NCBI GenBank assembly: GCA_032718475.1
Contig: JAUCBJ010005698.1
Location: 2,952-66,951, forward strand
DNA: 64,000 bases
Source of the DNA: Nemertoderma westbladi
Lineage: Eukaryota; Animalia; Xenacoelomorpha
Direction of reading: 5' to 3'
The notes beneath the pieces are model-generated. The model saw nothing but the letters and a program-made list of their open reading frames with translations, made no database searches and was not told the DNA's origin. The position numbers were made by a program, and so were the translations under genes. Below are positions 11,065 through 22,892 of this stretch, piece by piece. How positions within the stretch are numbered: the first letter of the stretch is position 1; every line of letters begins with the position of its first letter.

Positions 11065-12239
11065 GTTTAAAGTGACGTCACTTTCACTAAATCAGGTTTC
11101 CGAAACGAAAATTTCTGAAACTAGTATTACATTTTAAAGGGAAAATGGTAGGCCTATATGGAGAAGACATTATACAGTTAGGCTATACAGTCTGACAGTC
11201 ATAAACACGTAACCGAAACCCAACCCCAACACCTGTGCATCTCAGATATGCAAATTCGGAGGACAGATTGAAACCGACACAAACTACTGGTTGACTGGAT
11301 TCAAATCACATGGAATCCACCACGTTTTATGTAAAAAACGAAAATCATCCCACCTAATTAGCTCTGATTATAATTAGACTTTCGGTAGAAGTTGGAAGCC
11401 TCTGTGATTGTGTGTGCCTGTGAAACCTGCATGCGATACCACGCACATATTTCCTCTTTTGTCCTACTGTCCTACTCCTACCATACTACAGTACTACCAG
11501 ACTACCGGTACCATATATCCTAGATTGTCCTAGGCTGACAGGCTGACAGGGGGAGATTGAATGACAACGGGGTGGGATTGAATTTCTTTGTGTATTTTCA
11601 TCCAGTCAGCCAGTCTCCATCCATCCTATTTTCATACGTCATACAGCTGTACAGTCATACCAGCACCAGGCAGGCCTCAATATATATTTTTTCATTTTAG
11701 TTACCCGGTCCGGCTCCGGCTCCGGTACTTTTTTAATTTACCCGGTCCGGTTCCGGCTCCGGCAAAAATCTGCCTCCGGTCTAACGATAGTAGTACCATG
11801 TGCCATGATCTGATGATAAAACCTTATCAGTTGTACGATAAACACAAATTAAACGTGAGGGTGTTTTACCAATAACTGAATAAGGTCGATGGCAATTAGG
11901 CCTAATTCACAATCCGAATAAGATTGCACTATACTGCTATAGCCTGACAGCCTGATAGCAGGTACCGGTAGGTACCTTAAAACATTTAATTCTATCATCT
12001 ATATCTCAGTAGGCCTACTGCAGTTGGCAGTACGGTATCTAGTCAGATAGCCTACTCAGCTACTGCAGTACCAGAGTACTGCAGTACTGCTATCAGGCCT
12101 GCAGGCTGCAGGGCTGTCAGGCAGGCTATACAGCTATACTGCTATACTATAAGACTGATCAGCTGATAGGCAGATGCAAGGCATACCATACTGCATACTG
12201 CCATACACCCATACCGGTCTCGGTCTACCGGTACTGGTA

Positions 12240-13371
12240 CCGTAATACGGGGTGACTTGATACAGTTTTTGCCTTTAACTGTGAATATCTTCTGAAGTTT
12301 TTATCCTACACAGATGGAATAAAAATAAAATTTTATAGTCGGGATGAGTACTACACCACTAGACTAAAGCACTATTTCAGGTGCTTAGTCTAGTGGTGTT
12401 TTTTTCTTAAAAACCAGCTGTATCAAGTCACCCCACATAATGGGGTGACTTGATACACAAGCAAATTTTCCGCAATAATACCACTCTGTGAATGAGTTTG
12501 GATCATGTTGTAGGCTGTGGGGGTGACTTGATACTCCAAATAACTCCATTTTTTATGGCAAAATATTTCATATTTAACAAGTTAAATTGCACTTTAAAAA
12601 CGAAAAAGACCTTCATTGCATAGTGACATCCTGACACCAGTAAGTAAGACAATACATTATAGAAAAAACTGGAAACTAAAACAATGAATTTAAGCACAAA
12701 TTTTGCAAATTTAAGGTTTAAGTAAAGATAAAATATTTTAGAAAATTTAACATATAACAATATTTAACAAGTTAAATTGAAGTTTAAAAACGAAAAAGAC
12801 TTTCATTGCATTGTGACATCCTGACACCAGTAAATAAGACAAAACATTTTAGAAAAAACTGCAAACTAAATCAATGAATTTAAGCACAAATTTTGCCAAA
12901 TCAACGTTTATGTCACAGGTATCAGAACATTTTCGCCTACAATATACCGTATATATGTATTAAGTCACCCCATTTTAAGATACACTTTAAAAACATGGGC
13001 ACTCCACGTTCCACCCCCAATTCATATGAAAATTTGTAAATTTTTTTTAGGATCATAATATTCAAACTCATCTATTAGCATCTGTAAAAATAATTTTTGA
13101 ACAACATTAACCCAAAGTGTCAAAAATTCAACCTATATTTTGACATTAAAAAAAAGTGAATTTTTGAAAAATTCATTTTTGGCTCTAGTTATCACAAATG
13201 CGAAGCAATGACAAAATTTATATTACTATTTGATAGACAATTTATTCAGACATCTTCTAATATTTCAATTTTTATCATAACATCACGCAATCACCCACAA
13301 TCCGTTAAAGAAAAAAAGTATAACTTGCTGTATCAAGTCACCTCAATGTATCAAGTCACCCCGAATTACGG
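12240..13371. mobile_element. Non-autonomous Tc1/mariner/pogo-type element
   Basis: 25-bp TIRs CCGTAAT(A/T)CGGGGTGACTTGATACA with one mismatch; TA on both flanks; internal copies of GGGGTGACTTGATAC; internal duplication (~12570-12720 vs ~12760-12900). Confidence 0.9.
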
Positions 13372-13679
13372 TACTGCGGAACCTTGCTGACTTCTGCCTG
13401 TGTGGCCTTGGCGCTTGACGGTTTCCTTACCAGTCAGCCGGTAAGCGGTAACGGTACCGGTACCTACTGTACAGCTGTAGGCTGGTCATGGCACCTGGCT
13501 GCCTGGTACTGTGGTAGGCTCAGGCTGTAGGCATAGGCTGATAGGGGATGATAGGCCTACCGCTTACACCGTACTGCCGTACGGCACCCTGCTGCCCTGT
13601 TCTGCCTGTTGCTATAGGCCTACGGTACGATACTGCGATAGGTGGTAGGCCTCTTCCAGACTTCTACACAAGCTGACAA

Positions 13680-14005
13680 GAAGATCGCGAGATTGGTACC
13701 GGTACTTGAAGTGTAGATGTAGAATTGAAATTACTAAACAGCTAAATGCTGAAATGTACAAGCATTGTTAAGGGAAGCAGCATGGGGTGTGCCAGTTGCC
13801 AGTACAGCAGTAACCAGTAACAAACATTGACATTGAAACATTAACCAATCATTAACAAGGTGGGTTGTTAGTTGCCTTTATTTCTCTAGCATTCACCTCA
13901 CAACCACTGACCGACCAATCACGTGTTAATTGGGATTGCCAGTTACTGTAGTAGTTAGTAGCATTTAGTAGCATCCCATGCAAGGATGGTATATCACCAA
14001 TAGTT
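13680..14005. promoter_or_regulatory. Candidate promoter region, possibly for the hnRNP Q/R gene
   Basis: Three CCAAT boxes (~13845, ~13915, ~13997) and an ATCGCGAGA motif; lies upstream of the minus-strand CDS. No transcript evidence. Confidence 0.3.
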
Positions 14006-14937
14006 TGTTCCAGGTCAAGCAAGGACATCTCCCTCTGAGAGTTGTCCTTTTGTTAGGAAGAAAAAAAGGGGGGGGGGGGGGGTGTGGGGGTGTGCCGCCT
14101 GGCTGCAAGTAAAACATTGGCGAATCTATCTATTCTTCTTTCCTTTGAATGACTTGAATAAGTAATAATTTGACTTTCTTCACCTTGTTTCTTTTTTAAA
14201 GAAGAAATATTTTTTATTCTAGAAAATGTTTTATACAAAGGCCTTGTTAGTATTTGAAAAGCATGGAATGGATATAATACGTGTATAAAATGAATAAAAT
14301 AACATTTTAAAAATTTTGAAATTTTTCAATTAAATTATCATGAAAGCTAGTAAAATTTATGGTAGTTTATAAAAAATAAAAGCAGTGATAAAAGTAATTT
14401 TCACAATAAATTTTTTTTCCAATTTTCAATCTTTATTGTTTCACTAGCTAATAAAAAGTACTAGCTAACACAAAATCAAAATTTCTAGCTACAATAGCTC
14501 TCTTACAGTTTGCCGTGCCACCTATTGCTATAATGGCACGGTCAAGTGTAATAGGTCTGAGGAGCTCTCTTACAGTTTGCCGAGCCACCTATATATTCAA
14601 TATAATTCAAAAAAATATAATTGTTATAATTATATAATATATATTTACGCAAGTGATACCGTAATTTACTATTCGTACAATTACATTTTGTTACGTCTTG
14701 TGTACCTAATGTTTTTATTGTTTGTTACTAAACCGGGTACACTTCCTTCACTTCCTTCTAGTTTCCCTAATTATGATGTGATAGATTAAAAACTATCATT
14801 TTATTATATCGAAAAATTGCTAAAATGACAAGCTAGCTAGTTTTTGTTTCTTGTTTTTTAAATGTTCTAGAACATTGTCAATCCAATTCATATAAAAATG
14901 TTGTTCTAGAACAAATATTTTTTGTTCTAGAACAAAC

Positions 14938-16498
14938 CCTTATCTGCTCCCCGAAGGTAGGGGTGGGTGCTAGTCCTATCTGCTACCCGAAGGTAGAGGT
15001 GGGCGCTACTCCTATCTGGTACCCGAAGGTAGGGTTGGGCGCTGCTACTCCTATCTGCTACCCGAAGGTAGGGTTGGGCGCTACTCCTATCTGCTACCCG
15101 AAGGTATGGTTGGGCGCTACTCCTATCTGCTACCCGAAGGTAGGAGTGGACGCTACTCCTATCTGCTACCCGAAGGTAGGGGTGGACGCTACTCTTATCT
15201 GCTATCCGAAGGTAGGGGTGGGCGCTACTCCAATCTGCTACCCCAAGGTAGGGTTGGGCGCTACTCCTATCTGCTACCCGAAGGTAGGAGTGGGCGCTAC
15301 TCCTATCTGCTATCCGAAGGTAGGGGTGGACGTTACTCCTATCTGCTATCCGAAGGTAGGGGTGGACGTTACTCCTATCTGCTACCCGAAGGTAGGGTAG
15401 GCGCTACACTCCTATCTGCTACCCGAAGGTAGGGTTGGGCGCTACTCCTATCTGCTATCCGAAGGTAGGGGTGGACGCTACTCTTATCTGCTATCCGAAG
15501 GTAGGGGTGGGCGCTACTCCAATCTGCTACCCCAAGGTAGGGTTGGGCGCTACTCCTATCTGCTACCCGAAGGTAGGAGTGGGCGCTACTCCTATCTGCT
15601 ATCCGAAGGTAGGGGTGGACGTTACTCCTATCTGCTATCCGAAGGTAGGGGTGGACGTTACTCCTATCTGCTACCCGAAGGTAGGGGTGGGCGCTACACT
15701 CCTATCTGCTACCCGAAGGTAGAGGTGGGCGCTACTCCTATCTGCTACCCGAAGGTAGGGGTGGGCTCTATTCCTATCTGCTACCCGAAGGTAGGGGTGG
15801 GCGCTACTCCTATCTGCTACCCGAAGGTAGGGGTGGGCGCTACTCCTATCTGCTACCCGAAGGTAGGGGTGGGCGCTACTCCTATCTGCTACCCGAAGGT
15901 AGGGGTGGGCGCTACTCCTATTTGCTACCCGAGGGTAGAGGTGGGCGCTACTCCTATCTGTTACCCGAAGGTAGGGGTGGGCGCTACTCCTAAATGCTAC
16001 CCGAAGGTAGGGTTGGGCGCTACTCCTATCTGCTATCCGAAGGTAGGGGTGGACTTACTCCTATCTGCTACCCGAAGGTAGGGGTGGCCGCAACTCCTAT
16101 CTGCTACCCGAAGGTAGGGGTGGCCGCAACTCCTATCTGCTACCCGAAGGTAGGGGTGGGCGCTACTCCTATCTGATACCCGAAGTTAGTAGTGGGCGCT
16201 ACCCCTATCTGCTACCCGAAGGTAGGGGTGGGTGCTACTCCTATCTGCTACCCGAAGGTAGGGGTGGGTGCTACTCCTATCTGCTACCCGAAGGTAGGGG
16301 TGGGCGCTACTCCTATCTGCTACCCGAAGGTAGGGGTGGGCGCTACTCCTATCTGCTACCCGAAGGTAGGGGTGGGCGCTACTCCTATCTGCTACCCGAA
16401 GTTAGAGATGGGCGCTACTCCTATCTGCTACCCGAAGGTAGGGGTGGGCGCTACTCCTATGTGCTACCCGAAGGTAGGGGTGGGCGCTACTCCTACCC
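14938..16498. repeat. 36-bp minisatellite (CTACTCCTATCTGCTACCCGAAGGTAGGGGTGGGCG), ~43 copies
   Basis: Direct tandem units; each contains the hairpin CTACC-CGAA-GGTAG. Confidence 0.97.
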
Positions 16499-16635
16499 CA
16501 AGAGTTTAGCTCCCACTAATTCAACCGGTCAACCGGTTTAATGGTTTAACCATAAAATAAGACAGTAATCCGGGTTGTGATTAAAGCTAGAAATATTTTT
16601 ATTTTCGCAATAAGGAAGGCAGTTGGATAGGTCAA

Positions 16636-16963
16636 TTAATTAAAAGTGGATTTGACTGCACATGATATAGGATTCAATGTCTTGTCCAAGTTATTAAAGA
16701 CAATCCAGTTGTTAACACCAGTTTCTATTGCTTCCTCTAGAATCGTGGGGAAATAACTCTTTAAGGCATCAACAAGCTCTTCTTTGGATGTTAATATAGT
16801 TTTATTTATGACACCGGACTGGTCTTCAATTGCCAGTAGATTGTCTTTAATATACAAAGCTCTTCCATTAGGGAACATTATTGCCCTGATGGTCTTCCCC
16901 ATCCAGGGATTGGTTGGTAGTAGCATTGATCTACACACGTTCGTAATTATATAGTCAAGCGAT
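16636..16963 (-). CDS. Arylamine N-acetyltransferase-like, exon 4 (last)
   Basis: Acceptor TTTTAG|A at 16963, phase 2 matching exon 3; R-SLDYIITNV...EELVDALKSYFP...stop at 16636. Confidence 0.75.
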
Positions 16964-17041
16964 CTAAAATAAATAAATTTAATAATTAATAACTTAATTG
17001 CATTCAAAACTTGAAACAATACTTTATTTACTCAACTAATT

Positions 17042-19218
17042 CTAGATGACATATAGAATAATGGGAAACACTGACCGCGACGAAAATGGTCGAGTGGACG
17101 AAAAGGTGAAAAATTTCTACCACAATCTACAAGCAGCTACTGATGGAGTGGATCAGCATACATTCTTAACTTTCCTGTGAGACTTTAATGCAAGTCTGTA
17201 ACACTCATCCACATCGCCCTCGGTCTATAGCGATAGTGTTAAACGAAATTCCGTCCATCTTCAGGATTTCATCTCTGGAAACAGATTTTTTTCGGCTGTA
17301 ACCCAGTTCAAGAAGAAACTGGAAAGCTGTAGACTCATAGTGGACCCAGTGGTCACTACTACTACTAGGATCGGCATGTTGCATTGCAGCTGCATTCTCA
17401 AGAATGCTGTGCCGGCCTGTCGACAAAATAGCCGCCAATGGAGTAGATGGTGTCCCCCTGAGGTCTTTAAAATACCTGAGTGTTTAGAGCTCATCTATCC
17501 CATCATAGTAGACATATACAGAACAACAAGAGTCCCACAAGACATGAAAACAAATAAGTTGATGCCAGTTCCCAAGAAGGGCAACCTAACACTCTATGGT
17601 TCTTTTCGGGGAATCTCATTGATCTCGATTGCTGCAAAGCTATACAATAGAATTCTATTAAATCGCATCAGGGATCCCATTGAGAGACTGCTGCGTGGAA
17701 ATCAGAATGGGTTCCGTAAAGGTAAATGTCGTGGGACCATGGAGCCCATTTTGGCACTTAGAAGAATAATTGAAGAGTTATCAAATAAGAAAGACAGGCA
17801 TCTGGCTGTTATCTTTGTTGACTTCTTCAAGGCCTTTGATTCAGTCTCTCGATCACGTATGTTCAGCATCTTTCATTATATGGGATTCCTGATGAAATTA
17901 TTGCAGCAATCAGAACAGTATACGTTGGTTTGACGACGTTTGTGGGGCGAGCCACGAAGTGAGCGAAGCCTTAGGGTGCCATTAACGAGTTGTCTGTCGT
18001 CGTCGTCGTAAATTTTTGATCGCTAATAACTCGGTTATACCTTGATGAAATTAAATGAAACTTGGTACGTATGTAGTCCGGAAAAAGTTTAGAAAGAATC
18101 GGAAGTTTGGTAAAAAACGAACGAACGCAACAAGTTTACAGTGGATACGAGTATCCACCTGCCATAAATCTGCAGTTGCTCTGACATTTTCGAGACTTTG
18201 CATAGTTATAAAGGTCGTTAGTCTCCGTTTAGGAAAATTATTTTAAGACAAAACAGGACGAGCGCAACGAGGCTAATCAAGGAGAAGAGTATTGTAAAAC
18301 TTAAAATGTCGTACTTAACTTTAATAGCCCTAGTTAGAAGGTTTACAAATGACAGTTAAAGTGTGTAAGGGCAAACTGAAATGGATCTTTGTTTTTACAA
18401 ATAGTTTATCACAAACTGATAGCATCGCCTTCACTCATATATATTTTGGGAAAGACGGTTTTCGTATATCTAATAGATATTAGTATAATGTACTTTCTAA
18501 TATAGGCTCTCGTGCTGCGCGAAGGCCCCACGAACGTGTGTCTACTGTTGACGATGACACATATCCATTCGCAGTGTTATGGGGAGTCCGCCAAGGAGAC
18601 ACACTTGCGCCATTCTTATTCATAATTGTGGTTGTCTATGTTCTACGCATGTCCTTAGATCATCATAATGAAGATGGGGTGATGATAACTCCACCTACTG
18701 GCTCCAGAAGTCGAGGAAATCCTGCCAAGTACCTAACTGATCTAGACTTTGCTGATGACTTAGGAGTACTCTCAGAATCACTAAAGGGAGCCCAACGGCT
18801 CCTCAGCTCATTAGAACATGCTGTTTCTAGTGTTGGTCTTTTTGTTAACTTGTGGAAGACCAAAATTTTGACAGTTAACTTTGAAAGTCCACAGTAAATC
18901 TCTGATTGGATGAACATAAGCTCAAAGGACAGTATGCTTGGGCATGTGGAAGACTTCTGTTACCTGGGATCATGGAGCTGGAAGTCAGGTGAGGACCTTC
19001 GAATACGTAAGAGAAAAGCATAGGCAGCCTTGAATAGGCTTTCCAGGATTTGGAAGTCACAGATAATTAATCGGAAACTTAAGATCCGATTATTTAGAGC
19101 AGCAGTAGTTCCAGTACTCCTCTATGGGAGTCCATGCTGGGCTCTAACTGCTGAGGACACAAAATTTCTGGATGGCACATTCACAAGAATGATACGTCGA
19201 GTTCACTGTGTCGAGTAA
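17042..19218 (+). mobile_element. Degenerate RTE-clade LINE in NAT intron 3 (endonuclease remnant + RT), interrupted by the Helitron-like repeat
   Basis: FY..LQ...DFNA; PVPKKGNL...RGISLISIAAKLYNRILLNRI; QNGFR; FVDFFKAFDSV; GVRQGDTLAPFLF; DLDFADDL. Frameshifts and stops; inverted 3'-end fragment near 17350-17440. Confidence 0.9.
17941..18541 (+). mobile_element. Helitron/HINE-like non-autonomous repeat (copy 2), inserted in the LINE RT
   Basis: Homologous to 5158-5687; the LINE reading ...IRTVYVGLTT resumes as VSTVDDDT after the insert; contains ATGAAACTTGGTACG. Confidence 0.7.
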
Positions 19219-19367
19219 AAGGTATCTTTGAAGGGACTTTACCTTTTCCGTACAGCAGTAGAACCCGTAGTGCCATCATACCTAGCATTAGACGTATCCA
19301 CAACACCTAACCTTGGAGTCATATTGAACTCGAATCGCCGTTTCCCCCAGTGTCAACAATATCTTAC

Positions 19368-19775
19368 CTTGGAGTTATACTGAAATCGTATTGTCTTGTC
19401 CAGGTCTCAACGCCATCATTATCGACATGTTTGGCTTCTCTGTAAATTCGACCATTGGCTCGTCTCAGACGATAACTCAGAAACGAATGGTGAAACGTTT
19501 CTGTGACGCTGTCCTCCGGAAAACCTAAAGAGAAGGCGGTGAAAGTCGGGGACCCGGCACCGCAGTCTACTAAGATCCGGTCTCCGTTGGCCGCCGTTGC
19601 TATGGGAATTACGTGAGCGTCAACCTCTTTATCCCATATCCCGTGAGCCATAGTGAGGTCGTTATTAATGCCCAGGGCTTGTAGAACGTGAGACAACGAT
19701 GAGTTGAGCAGATAGCACCCACTGCCACGCTTACCTAACAGAACGGACGGCGCCAATTCTTTTATTCCAAGTAGT
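19368..19775 (-). CDS. Arylamine N-acetyltransferase-like, exon 3 (catalytic core)
   Basis: RGSGCYLLN (catalytic Cys), DAHV (His), LVDCGAG (Asp); acceptor TTTAG|A at 19775, donor AG|GTAAG at 19368. Confidence 0.88.
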
Positions 19776-20230
19776 CTAAATATAATAAACAATAGATAAA
19801 TACACAACTAATACTGTAGTTTTCCAATTTGAGTGTCGGGTGATATTAAGATATATATATTTTATTCAAAAATGTAAATATTTTTCAGCCGGGGAGTTTT
19901 ATTGTATGAAACAATATTGCTTTACTTTATGTTATGGATAACATAAAGGACATAACTTTACAATTTATATTACACTTGTAAACAATTAACATTTCAACGA
20001 GTTGTTTCACATTTTAAACAATTCAGAATACTATGATCATAGTTTGTTAGTAGACATGTTGGCGATGGGTTTTAAATTGTTTATGAATGCATTCAAACTT
20101 TATTGAAAGTGATTGACAGCGGATATAAAACAGAAATCAAACTCATCAAAATTTATAATCGTAATATATTATATTTTATAAATATAATTAAAATTCAGTA
20201 GATATCGGAATATATTATTAATAAACTAAC

Positions 20231-20503
20231 TTTTCAGGTTGTCTGTCAAACACCCCTGGGTTCGCCAAACAGTCCACATTATGCCAGGGAATCTTCATAT
20301 GAACGTTGTAGACAATATCGTCCAAAAGGCCTTTTAAGTCATTTGTAACACGACCGCTACTGAACTCGATTCCGAGTGTTTCCTGCACGAATCTCTCCGC
20401 TTGTTGACGCGTTACAGCAAAATCTTGTAGGTGGTCAGAGTTTCTACGTAGTTGATTGGTAACCAAACCGCTACTACGGACACCAACTGGTTGGTAGGAG
20501 TTT
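20231..20503 (-). CDS. Arylamine N-acetyltransferase-like, exon 2
   Basis: LLDDIV...HMKIPWHNVD resembles the NAT 'H..VPFENL' motif; AG/GT sites are in phase with the neighbouring exons. Confidence 0.8.
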
Positions 20504-20714
20504 CTAAAAATTATAAGAAAATATTGAAATTTTCTGATTTCAGCTCCACCTCGGCCGTGCTGCACCATCAGAACTAATTTTATATACTTAAACGTAAACC
20601 AAGAACATACAATAAGCCGACTGGAGAAGGAAGCTTCATTCTAAGATGATATTAATTACCAGTGAACTTCAGGAATAAGTTATGTTATACCCAGCCAGAG
20701 TTGTTTCTTCGATG

Positions 20715-20848
20715 AACATTGAAGGACCAGCCAGTGCATAATCTTGTGCTTTGGTAGCCTCATGGCTGCATGGAGTGAATAAGCATGGTGGACAGCCCAT
20801 GACTTTCTTGAGACGCATCTTAAAGGACACTGGCCTTGAAGATGCGAC
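20715..20848 (+). mobile_element. Short RTE LINE 3' fragment in NAT intron 1
   Basis: Matches 31890-32005. Confidence 0.75.
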
Positions 20849-21167
20849 ATTTCTGCGCCCACAGTTGTAGTAAATATGCACGCGGGGTAATAATTAATTA
20901 CTCTTGGGTTAAAAAGAATATGTCCGGTGTTACGTGGTCGCAAATATTATTGAGTTCTTGTTATTATTTTACATAAAAGCGAATCTACCTTACTTTACTG
21001 TTTGTTTGTTTGTTGCCCCGGCAATGTGTAAACAAAAAGCGAGAATTAATGATAAACCCCTTTATAGACTCCACTATCATTTATTGTCAACTATGGAACC
21101 ATTACCCCTACACTGAATATTACAGGTAGTAGTTTAGACAGTAATTGGAGGATAAAAAGAGACTAAC

Positions 21168-21190
21168 CTGGGAGACTTTCTCAAATACAT
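21168..21190 (-). CDS. Arylamine N-acetyltransferase-like, probable exon 1 (MYLRKSP-R)
   Basis: ATG at 21190, donor CAG|GTTAG at 21168, phase 2 compatible with exon 2. Confidence 0.55.
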
Positions 21191-21296
21191 AACGGAGGAC
21201 GGCGGACTGAAACCACAATATCTTCACATTATATTCTTAATTAATCATTATTCAATTTCAGTGCCAGTTTCATTAAATTACAATTTATTTCAAATT

Positions 21297-21462
21297 AGTA
21301 TCAATAGTACTGTATCAATAGTACTGTATCAATAGTACTGTATTAAAGTACTGTATCAATAATACTGTATTAAAGTACTGTATCAATAATACTGTATTAA
21401 AGTACTGTATCAATAGTACTGTATTAAAGTACTGTATCAATAGTACTGTATTAAAGTACTGT
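21297..21462. repeat. 27-bp tandem repeat (GTACTGTATCAATAGTACTGTATTAAA)
   Basis: About 6 direct copies. Confidence 0.9.
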
Positions 21463-21604
21463 ACAATCAGAATTGGATGATATTGGTCTAATAAATTCGA
21501 TTGCACTGTGCGTGTATGGTTACAGTAGGAGTGATCAATGAATGATTATTATTATATTACATCTCAGCTGGCGCGCATTGTCATTGAACCTTGAGCCTGC
21601 TATG

Positions 21605-21720
21605 GAACTGACCAATAAATGGGCTGGCTTTTGTATCGGGATCTCAGTTAGCTCTCTGGGCTGACAATAATTGCACCAATGGGTTGCGATCCCGTTACGT
21701 GACGTCAGTTGTATTGGGTC
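21605..21720. promoter_or_regulatory. Candidate NAT promoter: CCAAT/ATTGG boxes and CRE palindrome TGACGTCA (21700-21707)
   Basis: Motif cluster 400-500 bp upstream of the predicted ATG. Confidence 0.35.
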
Positions 21721-22892
21721 ACAATGTTACTTTTACATTTCCACTGGAATACAGTTTACTATTGTAGTAGCCTAGTGCAATTTAGCTGGTTATCAACTTA
21801 CCGTTGCTACTGTATTGTCCGTGGCCGTGGCGGGGGTTTCCAGGCAACAAATGTATCTTCCGCTTTGCTATTTGTCGTTGACTTCCAGGGCAAATGGACT
21901 TGTCGTGACTGGTTGTCGCGGGTTTCACGGTATAATTTGCGGCGGTTCCACGGAAAAACCACGCCATTTGGATTTGCCGTCGAAAGTCACCTTATTTAAT
22001 TCAGGTTGATGGTCACAACTACAAGTAGGTGTAGGTGTGTGTGTGTAGGTGTAAGTGTAGGCACAGCGTTTATCCCCCAATATATTAAGTAATTATTATT
22101 CCCATACTTAAAACTATCATGTCATCTTACTTGCTAGTGTTACGGGGTCTGATGCCGCTGCGTAGATATTGGGTGACAGCAGATAATAGAATATTATCTG
22201 ACTATATTTAAGAATACAATTCAGAATAAAACACACATCATCGCATCCTGCTAAAGCCCAGTAACGTAGAATAACAGCTCTTCCTCGGTTCCACCACTGC
22301 CTTAACCTCTAACAACAAGAGGCGTGTCGACGATATCTTATCGCATACAACCAGAACCGAGACGCGGCGCGTGTTGTACCTCAAGCGATGTCCGGTAAAG
22401 GATCTTCGATGAGTTACTATCACGCGAAGTCGGCGGCACCCAGATCAGTGGGAACGTCGATACAACCGATCGTTGGCGAGACAATGCTATACTAAAGAAG
22501 GACCGCGTACTGCGGTAGACGTAGAACTTAGTGAAAAAGAGTCGGATGACATAGACCTTATTTTAGCACATATTGTTTATATATGAATACCCACGTAGAT
22601 GTATTATATACGCATACATTTTTGCCGAGTTACTTTATCAGGTAAACAAAATGTTGCAGAATAATATAGTGGATTTCTTAAATAATAAATGGCCTGGAGC
22701 AGCGGAAGCAAATACACGCAGCATTCGAATGACCATAACTCAGCTATTTCCCAACAAAATTCAAATATTTTTACATATTTGGAATCCTTGCACGGTCAGC
22801 TTTCCACTAATACCAACCAACAAATCACTAAATGTTTGAAGAATAACTGCTGTGTAAATTTATTTATTATTTAACTCATAATATATTACAAT

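Noticed and set aside
14938-16498. CRISPR-like 36-bp palindromic repeats
   Set aside because: Units are head to tail with no unique spacers, no cas genes, and the context is eukaryotic.
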